The notes beneath the pieces were generated by a model. The model ran no database searches and had not been told where the DNA came from. It worked only from the letters and a program-made list of their open reading frames with translations. This document shows positions 9,389-16,943 of a DNA stretch of 25,243 nucleotides, piece by piece. Source of the DNA: a virus (Duplodnaviria > Caudoviricetes); the IMG/VR virus record IMGVR_UViG_3300017721_000069, positions 1 to 25,243 of that record; one strand, given 5' to 3'. How positions within the stretch are numbered: the stretch's first letter is position 1; each line of letters starts with the position of its first letter. The position numbers and the translations under genes were made by a program.

Positions 9389-9941
9389 ATCCGCTTCCTG
9401 TAAAGTTTACTGTATTACTATCTCCATCTACATCTACATAGCTAGTAGCACCATCATAGTTTATATCAAAATCAAATGTGTTGCTGTCGCCATTAATAAT
9501 CCAGTCTAGGTCAAGACCAGATGCTAAAGCTGTTGTACCAGTATCAAGTGTAAATGTATTAGAACTACCAGTAACATCTACATTGTAGTTTGAGTTATCA
9601 ACACCAAAAGTGTTTGTAGGATCAGCTTGTATGGTAAATGTATTGCTATCGCCATCAAATTCAAAAAATCCTGTTACAGAATCACCGTATATATCACCTA
9701 AAAATTTATTAGTATTACCTATTTGGTTTATATCTAGTGTTAAGTTTATGCCGTCAAGGTCGAACGGGGTCAAAGAACCAGCACTAGAGTTTAAGCCACC
9801 AATAATGTTAGATGAACCTAATTGCTCTAGGTCTATATTTGCTGTAGATCCTGATTGATCTATATATATTTCGTTGTCAGCCCCGTATAGCAGTAATGCA
9901 CTCATCATTACAACTAGGCTCATTAATTTTCCAATATTCAT
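9225..9941 (-). CDS. Secreted curlin-like repeat protein (CsgA/CsgB-like subunit)
   Basis: Signal peptide then about 8 imperfect repeats, hydrophobic-x-hydrophobic-x-[QTDN]-x-G-[DSN]-S-N-T-F, the later ones 22-26 aa apart; directly downstream of csgG. Confidence 0.75.
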   Translation of the reverse strand: MNIGKLMSLVVMMSALLLYGADNEIYIDQSGSTANIDLEQLGSSNIIGGLNSSAGSLTPFDLDGINLTLDINQIGNTNKFLGDIYGDSVTGFFEFDGDSNTFTIQADPTNTFGVDNSNYNVDVTGSSNTFTLDTGTTALASGLDLDWIINGDSNTFDFDINYDGATSYVDVDGDSNTVNFTGSGYAGGYFYLDQTGNSRTFNIIQSSTQDNDWLRINSTGSNGTVCVIQNDQGTSTSC

Positions 9942-10731
9942 TTGTAATTCCTTCCTTAATTGTTTGTAATACAGCCGTTTCTATAGCTGTTTGTAAGGCA
10001 ATATTAATAGATTCATTTCTTACTAAACCGTTTTCTATTTCAACAAGTTCTGTTGAATCGGTTATAAACCTAAATACATCTTGATCTATAGACGCACTTA
10101 ATATTGTTTTGGTTACAAGAACCTCTAGCAGTACCTTTCCTGTACTGACGGAAACTGTGCGTAAAGATATGGTTACGGTGTCTTGCTTGTATTGTCTAGA
10201 CATTCCAATTCCTAAATACCTAGCACCTGCACCACCAGATTTTACGTTGCTTTCGTATGATATCACGCCACCCTGCATTATTAAACCAGCGAACAATAAG
10301 TCTGGTAGCTTCTGTTTATTTTTATTTTCTTGTCTAGCACTTCTAATAATCTGTCTTTCTTTAGTTACGTTGTCTAAACCAACTCTTTCAACCACTTCAA
10401 AAAAACCATCATATTTACTACCAGCGTGTTTTAAAGCTCTAATTAGGTATGCGTCTGGTGCCTGGGTTACTGCTGATGAAAAGGTTGCGTACGAACTATT
10501 ACTTCGTCTTTGGCCTGTTTGATCTGTAAAAGAACCTGCATAGATAGCTACTACTGGCTTAATTTTATTTGCTGTTTTTATGTTGGCTAATTCGGGAACA
10601 AGTAATGTTCCTATGGTGGGTTTTTCTATTTTTTGAAATGGAGGTAGATTGTTTTCTAATGGATCTATTATTAATGCACAGCTAGAAAGTAAAGCTACCA
10701 ATAGGAAGGGATATAGTTGTCGTATTGCCAT
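9877..10731 (-). CDS. csgG: Curli secretion channel lipoprotein CsgG/HfaB family
   Basis: Lipobox LLSSC; VAIY..FTDQTGQRR, FSSAVTQ, FEVVERVGLDNVTKERQIIRS, GGVISYESNVKSGGAGARYLGIG..QYKQDTVTISLR.VSVSTG.VL..V..TKTILS. Confidence 0.95.
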   Translation of the reverse strand: MAIRQLYPFLLVALLSSCALIIDPLENNLPPFQKIEKPTIGTLLVPELANIKTANKIKPVVAIYAGSFTDQTGQRRSNSSYATFSSAVTQAPDAYLIRALKHAGSKYDGFFEVVERVGLDNVTKERQIIRSARQENKNKQKLPDLLFAGLIMQGGVISYESNVKSGGAGARYLGIGMSRQYKQDTVTISLRTVSVSTGKVLLEVLVTKTILSASIDQDVFRFITDSTELVEIENGLVRNESINIALQTAIETAVLQTIKEGITNEYWKINEPSCNDECITAIRG

Positions 10732-11224
10732 CTGAATCTGTTATTTTTAAAGTTATTATTCCATCTACAACATTATACTCTATCCTGTTACCTTCTAACT
10801 CTAGTACACCACTATCGCTGGGAGTCTCTCCAAACAAGTTTTCTACTAGCTGTCTTGATAGTTGTGCGTAGATTCTTGACTCTAGGTTACGAATAAATCT
10901 AGCTAGTGTTGTGTTCTCTTTGTCTCTTTCTATTTCGTCTTGTAATGCTTTTATTTCAGCCTTGAGTGCTTGTTTACGATTAAATTGTTGGTTCTCAATA
11001 GTAAGATAATGTGCAGATGTACCTATGCCAGAAAATGATGGTGATTTAAACTTATGTACCATTTCATCTTCTTGAGCATTTTGAATAAAAATACCAAAAA
11101 CAAGAATAATACCTATAACTGCTGCCCATTCAATTATTTTTTGTTTTTCAGCTTCCCTTGCTTTTAATTCTAAATCAGCTTTACTTGGTCTGCCTAATTT
11201 TTTTTTAATCTTTCCTTTGGTCAT
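10682..11224 (-). CDS. csgF: Curli assembly protein CsgF-like
   Basis: MVHKFKSPSFSG resembles CsgF MTFQFRNPNFGG; RFIRNLESRIYAQLSRQLVENLFG helix and terminal ITDSDGNTTTISLP; adjacent to csgG. Confidence 0.85.
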   Translation of the reverse strand: MTKGKIKKKLGRPSKADLELKAREAEKQKIIEWAAVIGIILVFGIFIQNAQEDEMVHKFKSPSFSGIGTSAHYLTIENQQFNRKQALKAEIKALQDEIERDKENTTLARFIRNLESRIYAQLSRQLVENLFGETPSDSGVLELEGNRIEYNVVDGIITLKITDSDGNTTTISLPIGSFTF

Positions 11225-11555
11225 CTCTATCAGCCTTTGCTAACCTATCGGTATGCATCAATTGCGGTACACCTAGTATAGTCTTCAAAAGCGTGTCTTG
11301 TCTAATAATCTCATTGTCTACGGATCTTACTCTATCTATAAGAGCTACCAATATACCGTGTTGTGAATCTAGTTTTTGACCTAATCGTTGTTCTATTTCA
11401 GATATTTGAGCAGATACCTTTTCATCTAAAACATCTACTTTAGTTTCCATACCATCAATAATTTTATTAATAAGCTTCCAGATAAACAAACCAAGACCTA
11501 TAGCTGCTGCTATCGGAAAACCAACTTCATTAATTAACTGAACTACAGAGTCCAT
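11205..11555 (-). CDS. Membrane protein with N-terminal TM and coiled coil (holin-like)
   Basis: LINEVGFPIAAAIGLGLFIWKLI (VGFPIA resembles YvrJ/BhlA-like small membrane proteins), coiled coil; overlaps csgF start by 20 nt. Confidence 0.55.
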   Translation of the reverse strand: MDSVVQLINEVGFPIAAAIGLGLFIWKLINKIIDGMETKVDVLDEKVSAQISEIEQRLGQKLDSQHGILVALIDRVRSVDNEIIRQDTLLKTILGVPQLMHTDRLAKADRDDQRKD

Positions 11556-11560
11556 GTTAT

Positions 11561-11941
11561 TTAATAATCACCCCATACTTTAGCTTTTTTACCACCATGG
11601 TACTCAACTGCATGACCTTCATCTATTAGCATTTGGCAAATATCTTTACCGTCTTCTGTGTAAGGAATACCAAGTATACGACCATACTTACCTTTACCAA
11701 GAGATTTAACTTTAAAATTACCGTGGCATAACTCACCAAGTCTAGCCTTTGCAGCTAGACCTAGTTTTTTTTCTGCAAGATCCCTAGTTCTAGATTCTGG
11801 TGTGTCAATACCGCTCAAACGTACTCTTTGTTTATGTAGCTTTACATCAAAGCCTAAATCTAAAATACAATCAAAAGTATCTCCGTCTACAATACGATCA
11901 AGTGTTGCGTTATAGACAAAAGCATCTGGTGATTTTGCCAT
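11561..11941 (-). CDS. Thermonuclease (staphylococcal nuclease-like)
   Basis: RIVDGDTF, RVRLSGIDTPE, KYGRILG, MLIDEGHA catalytic motifs; no signal peptide. Confidence 0.92.
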   Translation of the reverse strand: MAKSPDAFVYNATLDRIVDGDTFDCILDLGFDVKLHKQRVRLSGIDTPESRTRDLAEKKLGLAAKARLGELCHGNFKVKSLGKGKYGRILGIPYTEDGKDICQMLIDEGHAVEYHGGKKAKVWGDY

Positions 11942-12120
11942 TAGCCTGTGTTGTTTATGTTAATTTTAGTTTTTTTCTTAACTCTTTTAGTAGTATAGGC
12001 TTCATTAACATTTGGAGTAGATTTGTCGTCAGCAACATAGTGACCTTTTTTATTTCTTGATCTTACTTTAACTTTTTCAGTGCCAGTAACTTTATCCCAA
12101 AATTTACTAAGAATACCCAT
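11941..12120 (-). CDS. Small basic phage protein, 59 aa (not in ORF track)
   Basis: MGILSKFWDKVTGTEKVKVRSRNKKGHYVADDKSTPNVNEAYTTKRVKKKTKININNTG*; AAGGAG upstream; TAATG overlap with nuclease. Confidence 0.8.
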   Translation of the reverse strand: MGILSKFWDKVTGTEKVKVRSRNKKGHYVADDKSTPNVNEAYTTKRVKKKTKININNTG

Positions 12121-12121
12121 A

Positions 12122-12277
12122 CTACTTCTCCTTTGCTTTACCTATATTTAAAGCTAAAAGATCTACAAACTTATAAAGTTTACCGATCCACGCATCATCT
12201 TTAGGCGTTGGCGTACTTGCCGCTATTAAACTAGCAACTGTAACTATTGTAGTAACCCACATAATAATATCTACCAT
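12122..12277 (-). CDS. Small holin-like membrane protein, 51 aa (not in ORF track)
   Basis: MVDIIMWVTTIVTVASLIAASTPTPKDDAWIGKLYKFVDLLALNIGKAKEK*; strong AAGGAG RBS at 12285-12290; TM helix followed by TPxxxDD motif seen in small phage holin-like proteins. Confidence 0.75.
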   Translation of the reverse strand: MVDIIMWVTTIVTVASLIAASTPTPKDDAWIGKLYKFVDLLALNIGKAKEK

Positions 12278-12320
12278 AATATTTCTCCTTTATTTTGATC
12301 TGCATTGCAGACTTACTATT

Positions 12321-12348
12321 ATTATAGTGTAAAAACACTTATCCGCAA
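12321..12348 (-). promoter_or_regulatory. Candidate sigma70 promoter for the holin-curli-cyclase-lysis block
   Basis: TTGCGG-N16-TATAAT in one of the few intergenic gaps, about 45 nt upstream of the ATG at 12277. Confidence 0.5.
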
Positions 12349-12355
12349 TCTGCAC

Positions 12356-12898
12356 CTATAAAAAATTAAACCACCCTGTAATAATATATTTTTCTTGGTT
12401 TTCAGATATTTGTCCTCTATGAGTGTGAGTCCAACCAGCAGGAAAGATAATAGTTGAGCCTTTCTTAGCTTCGGTAACACAATCTTGATATAAAAATTCT
12501 GTCCCTCCATTTTCAACATTATTAAGATAAGTGCTAAAAACTAAATGTCTTTGTATAACATAAGGACTACCGTCATTTTCTGCGTGCCATTTATAAAAAC
12601 CCCAGCCTTTATCGTAATATTGTATTTTAGTATTATGGTCAATACCGTAAAACTCTACATCATCTGCAAATTTATATTTTGAAACATATTGTTTTAGGCA
12701 TTTTAATAATTCATCTCTATATAAAAAGTTTGTTAAATCTTCTGGAGTTATCATTACTTCTAATGATTTTTTAAATTTTTTATCTATCCTATTATTACCT
12801 ACTGTACCTTCTTCTGCGTTAGCTTTATTACTGTTCCAATGCTTTATTAGTTCATCAACAGCTTTGTTACTTATTTGATACTCTTCTATAAAGTTCAT
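12356..12898 (-). CDS. 2OG-Fe(II) oxygenase (prolyl-hydroxylase-like)
   Basis: WHAE, RHLVFSTYLNNVENGGTEF, IFPAGWTHTHRG, KYIITGW. Confidence 0.88.
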   Translation of the reverse strand: MNFIEEYQISNKAVDELIKHWNSNKANAEEGTVGNNRIDKKFKKSLEVMITPEDLTNFLYRDELLKCLKQYVSKYKFADDVEFYGIDHNTKIQYYDKGWGFYKWHAENDGSPYVIQRHLVFSTYLNNVENGGTEFLYQDCVTEAKKGSTIIFPAGWTHTHRGQISENQEKYIITGWFNFL

Positions 12899-13491
12899 TG
12901 TTTAAAGTAACCTGGTAATCCGATCATAGGTCTACCATCGTATTTATTTTTTTCAGAATCTTTACCACTTGCATCGTTATAGTGTAAAAAAACCTGTCCA
13001 CAATTTTCACCTTCAAAGGGTTCTCTCCAATGTTCTAAATCGCAACCACGATACATTAACATATCTCCTGGTTTTAAAGTTACTTTAATGTTGGGTTCTA
13101 AATATATTGGCCATTCATCTCCGCCTAAATTCATAGTAGTAGATATTTCACATGAATATCTATCTTTGTGTTTATGCAATTCATCACCTTTTTTATAGAT
13201 CCTTGCATAAGAATAAGTTTCAATTAGCCTTACATCTGATTCTTTTTCCATAATTGGTTTAACTTTTTGTAATAAAGTTTCCATTACTATATCTGAATAA
13301 TGTGAATAGGTTTCTGGTATTTGTTCATCATTCCATATACCAAAGTATTCAGTAAATGGTGATATAAATCTTTCATCAAACAAATGTCTTGCTACTGCTC
13401 TTTTATTTAAAAAGTATTGATAACAAAAATCTGCTAGTTCTTTTGATACAGCACTTTTAATTACTTGATATTTATCTTTTTTAAAACTCAT
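12895..13491 (-). CDS. 2OG-Fe(II) oxygenase-like protein
   Basis: TYSYARIYKKGDELHKHKDRYSCEISTT (HxD), PGDMLMYRGCDLEHWREPF, QVFLHY. Confidence 0.82.
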   Translation of the reverse strand: MSFKKDKYQVIKSAVSKELADFCYQYFLNKRAVARHLFDERFISPFTEYFGIWNDEQIPETYSHYSDIVMETLLQKVKPIMEKESDVRLIETYSYARIYKKGDELHKHKDRYSCEISTTMNLGGDEWPIYLEPNIKVTLKPGDMLMYRGCDLEHWREPFEGENCGQVFLHYNDASGKDSEKNKYDGRPMIGLPGYFKQ

Positions 13492-13499
13492 TTCTGCTC

Positions 13500-14048
13500 C
13501 TATAGAAAGTTTGCAACCATGACTATTCTTTTGTCGTCTATTGCAGGGCTTTCGTGATAATGTGCTAACTCACCATCAAACATTATTATGTTGTTTTCCT
13601 TAGCTTCTGAAAATATTTTTTTATTGTTTTTATCTAACACTATCGTTTTTCCGTTTTCAAAACTAGATAAGTAAATAATTATATTTTTATGCGGAAAGTT
13701 TAAATCTGTATGCGGTGTGGTTTCTTTAACACTACTATGTAAAGTGAAGTTAAGATTCATTCTATAAACAACATCAAAATGTATATTATTAAAATCTAAT
13801 ATTTCTTTTAAAATTAAATAACATTTTTCAAAATATGTAGAACTGACATAAGGAACTGCTATTCTATTATCTTCATTCTGGGGTCTGCCTAAAAGCATGT
13901 GACTGAAAAACTCCATATCTTTCTTTTTTAAATTAGAGTTATTAGTCGTGGTTGTAGCATTATAGTGCCAAGATATCTTATCAGAGAATACAAATTTTTT
14001 TAATTCTTTATAATTTTCGGTTATAGGGTTTTTTAAATAAGTAATCAT
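13500..14048 (-). CDS. 2OG-Fe(II) oxygenase-like protein
   Basis: PHTD, IIIYL...GKT, NIIMFDGELAHYHESP..KRIVMVANF. Confidence 0.75.
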   Translation of the reverse strand: MITYLKNPITENYKELKKFVFSDKISWHYNATTTTNNSNLKKKDMEFFSHMLLGRPQNEDNRIAVPYVSSTYFEKCYLILKEILDFNNIHFDVVYRMNLNFTLHSSVKETTPHTDLNFPHKNIIIYLSSFENGKTIVLDKNNKKIFSEAKENNIIMFDGELAHYHESPAIDDKRIVMVANFL

Positions 14049-14665
14049 TTATACGGATATCCTAAATTCCAACATACTAATGAGTGTCGTGTTCCTTTTG
14101 TTACTGGTTTGACTCTATGCCAAACAAAAGAAGGAAACACTATTACACTACCTTTCTTTCTAATTTCTTCACATATTCTTGGTTGTGAGCCTTCGTCTGT
14201 ATTTCTAAAATCAAACTCTAAATCTCCACCTTCGTATTCATCAGGGTTAGTTAAAGATACAGTCATACTAAGTTTTCTTAACTTACCGTGCCTATTTAAG
14301 TTTTCAGGTTCGTTATAAGGTTCTTCATATGAATCACAATGCCAATCATAAAACTGTCCTTTTTTATACTCGGTAAATTGACAAGGCTCTGACCAGTCCC
14401 ATTCAAAATTCCAATCAGCACTTCTATTTGCTTGGTGTATGTAAGGTTGTATTTCGTTATATATCCATCTATCTTGCATCCATACAACATCTGACTTACG
14501 TTTTTTTTGAATATTTTTTAGTTGTACTTCTGTAAGTTCGTTTTTATTATTACTTCCTGTAGTAGCTATCTCTTTATCTTGTTCTTTACCATAGCGTACT
14601 ATATCGTCACATATTTTTTCAGGTATAGCAGATTTAAAATACCAATAATACCATTTAAGATTCAT
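14045..14665 (-). CDS. PKHD-type 2OG-Fe(II) oxygenase
   Basis: QFTEY..GQFYDWHCD, RKLSMTVSL..PDEYEGGDLEF, GSVIVFPSFVWHRVKPVTKGTRHSLVCW. Confidence 0.9.
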   Translation of the reverse strand: MNLKWYYWYFKSAIPEKICDDIVRYGKEQDKEIATTGSNNKNELTEVQLKNIQKKRKSDVVWMQDRWIYNEIQPYIHQANRSADWNFEWDWSEPCQFTEYKKGQFYDWHCDSYEEPYNEPENLNRHGKLRKLSMTVSLTNPDEYEGGDLEFDFRNTDEGSQPRICEEIRKKGSVIVFPSFVWHRVKPVTKGTRHSLVCWNLGYPYK

Positions 14666-15422
14666 ACTTTTTTCCTATGTTTTTGTATTTTTCTATAACA
14701 GAAGGAAGTAAAAAATCCTCTATTGGATATGGTTTCTTTTCTATTTTATCTGTTCTTATTGTGTGTAAATCTACATCACCAAAAATAGAATCATCATATT
14801 GTACGCCTTGTATTTCAAATTGTTTTAAGTTTGTATAAGTATGTTTAAACTTAGGTATATTAAAGAAATCATAAATACTATTAACTGTACTTTTTGGGTT
14901 AGTGATTAGCTGGTCGTATGTAATAAATAAATTTTCATAGTTTTTTTGTACTAAAGGAATTTGCTTAATAACATTTCCTAAAGCACCTGTTTCTGGGTTC
15001 ATGTAATAGTCTGCATCTAATTCACTATTTTCTTTTTTAATTTTATATGCTTTACATAACGAAGCTAAACACTCTAAAGGATCCCTGTATAAAATTAAAA
15101 ATTTAATTTTTTTGTCAAAATACTTTTCTAATAATTCAAGGTTGCCATCTGATCCCCAATTACACCTATTAATAACATATTTTGTTTTAAATGTTTCAGA
15201 ATAAGTGTAGAAGGTTTTTTTAATGACATTGTTTAAAGACTCGTGATGAGGAAAATTTTGCTGTTGAGTAATTTCGTTGTTAGTTTTTATTAAGTCAAGT
15301 TGGTAAATAATTTCAGTAAGAGGACTGTTAGCTGTAAAGGTTACATCTGGGTTTTGGTTTAAAATACTACCGAGTAAAGTATTGCCCGCACGATGTAAAT
15401 TTATACAAAAATATAGTTCCAT
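14655..15422 (-). CDS. Sulfotransferase-family protein
   Basis: LHRAGNTLLGSILNQNP (variant of LPRSGSTLL 5'-PSB loop), LYRDPLECLAS (3'-PB), ITYDQLITNPK..IYDFF. Confidence 0.75.
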   Translation of the reverse strand: MELYFCINLHRAGNTLLGSILNQNPDVTFTANSPLTEIIYQLDLIKTNNEITQQQNFPHHESLNNVIKKTFYTYSETFKTKYVINRCNWGSDGNLELLEKYFDKKIKFLILYRDPLECLASLCKAYKIKKENSELDADYYMNPETGALGNVIKQIPLVQKNYENLFITYDQLITNPKSTVNSIYDFFNIPKFKHTYTNLKQFEIQGVQYDDSIFGDVDLHTIRTDKIEKKPYPIEDFLLPSVIEKYKNIGKKYES

Positions 15423-15434
15423 CAATAGGTTAAA

Positions 15435-16466
15435 TTAAATCCAATCGCCTTCTTTTTTTAATTCAAATACTCTTCTTAAACCCCAAACACTTGATGCACT
15501 AAAATTACCAAATGGGTCGTTAACAGCAACAAATCCAGAGCCACCAGCACCACGCCCTCGAGAGGTACCACCAGAAGGACCATAAGCACCACCGCCACCG
15601 CCACCGCCTCTATTAGCAGCACCCGCAGTTGCTGCTAAAGCAGTATCAGTGCCACTTCCATACCCTGTTCCGCCAGAACCACCAGGACCAGGAGCCCCTC
15701 CTTGGTTATTAGGAGCTGTAAGAGTACTATCCCCAGATGCTCCTCCACCGCCATCTGCGTAAACTACTGGAGAGCCTGTAATAGAAGATGAAACTCCTGC
15801 TCCACCTCTGCCTCCAGTAATATTATTAGGGTTTCCTTTTTGACCTGCTTCACTTGCACCACCACCACCTACAGCACAACCATAATTTGATGATGGACTT
15901 CTTGCTAGACCAGATGGGAAACCTTGATTAGCTGTTCCTAAACCACCACCGTTTCCGTTAGTTCCACCTGTACCACCAACTCCATACCAAATACCAGCTC
16001 CTCCACCAGAGCCTCCGTCTTGTCCAAGCTGACTACCACCAGCAGGATTTGCTGGTTTAGTATAAGCAAACCTATCACCTCCACCGCCACCGCCAATAGA
16101 AACAATAGGTCCAAAACTAGAATTTTCTCCTGGTCTCCAAGTTCCATAACCACCATGTACAGAAGGTCCACCTGCTCCAACTACAACAGGTATTGTTGAA
16201 CCTGCGGTAACTGTTAAAGCTGGTTCTGCCGAAGCTCCTCCACCTGATGATTCTCCTGGAGTAGAGTTACGAAAACCTCCTGCTCCGCCTCCACCACCAA
16301 TACTGCCTCCGCCTCCACCACCAGCAACTACTAAATAAGTTACTGAGGTTGTTTTAGAAGGTACTACATAGTTTGTACTGCTATTAAAAGATGTTACTTT
16401 TGCTGAAAAAACTGGGTCTTGGTCTACTCCAATTAAGGGACTTCTTTGATTTCTTGTAATAGGCAT
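15435..16466 (-). CDS. Glycine-rich domain tail-associated protein
   Basis: YLVVAGGGGGG..GGGGAGGFR, VVVGAGG, YADGGGG, GAGGSGFV pattern of phage Gly-rich domains; start set at ATG 16466 just after the upstream stop. Confidence 0.8.
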   Translation of the reverse strand: MPITRNQRSPLIGVDQDPVFSAKVTSFNSSTNYVVPSKTTSVTYLVVAGGGGGGSIGGGGGAGGFRNSTPGESSGGGASAEPALTVTAGSTIPVVVGAGGPSVHGGYGTWRPGENSSFGPIVSIGGGGGGDRFAYTKPANPAGGSQLGQDGGSGGGAGIWYGVGGTGGTNGNGGGLGTANQGFPSGLARSPSSNYGCAVGGGGASEAGQKGNPNNITGGRGGAGVSSSITGSPVVYADGGGGASGDSTLTAPNNQGGAPGPGGSGGTGYGSGTDTALAATAGAANRGGGGGGGAYGPSGGTSRGRGAGGSGFVAVNDPFGNFSASSVWGLRRVFELKKEGDWI

Positions 16467-16470
16467 AATA

Positions 16471-16932
16471 TTAAATTTCCTTCCATTGTGAATTAGCATC
16501 ATCCCAAACGTAATCAGTTTCTGTTACTGGGTCAGTACTGTCGTCAAATGTTTTACCAATCCATCTTCGGTTGGTTTCATCCCATGTTGCATTAGCTATA
16601 AGACCATTTATTTTATTTGTATCAGGGTAATTTACTGGTGGTTGCCAGTCATCGTTTGTATCTAAATACCAAGAGGGAAATGGTTGAGGTGATATAAATT
16701 TATCTTTAACACTATTGTATATATCCCCTGGACCGCAATATTGTTTTCTAAAATTATGATTATAAGAAGTTTGTTTCCAAGCAACGCCACTTTCTAAATG
16801 TGGAACAATAGACGCTACAAAAGTTTCTGCTTCTGTACTTAACTCGCCACCGTTAGCATCTACATCCTCGTTGGATATTACTATTACTCGTATTACTTTG
16901 TTAGTGCTATCAAGTTCTGCGAAGTGAGCCAT
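16471..16932 (-). CDS. Conserved phage protein accompanying Gly-rich tail proteins
   Basis: MAHFAELD..N.VIRVIVI, WKQTSYN.NFRKQY, FISPQPFPSW.L..W.PPV.YP, WDE. Confidence 0.7.
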   Translation of the reverse strand: MAHFAELDSTNKVIRVIVISNEDVDANGGELSTEAETFVASIVPHLESGVAWKQTSYNHNFRKQYCGPGDIYNSVKDKFISPQPFPSWYLDTNDDWQPPVNYPDTNKINGLIANATWDETNRRWIGKTFDDSTDPVTETDYVWDDANSQWKEI

Positions 16933-16943
16933 ATTTTAACCCC

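Noticed and set aside
12326-12339. CRP site in the candidate promoter
   Set aside because: AGTGT-N4-ACACT does not fit TGTGA-N6-TCACA.
15435-16466. Collagen triple-helix repeats or DNA tandem repeat
   Set aside because: Gly runs lack Gly-X-Y periodicity; CCA/CCG repeats simply reflect Gly codons.
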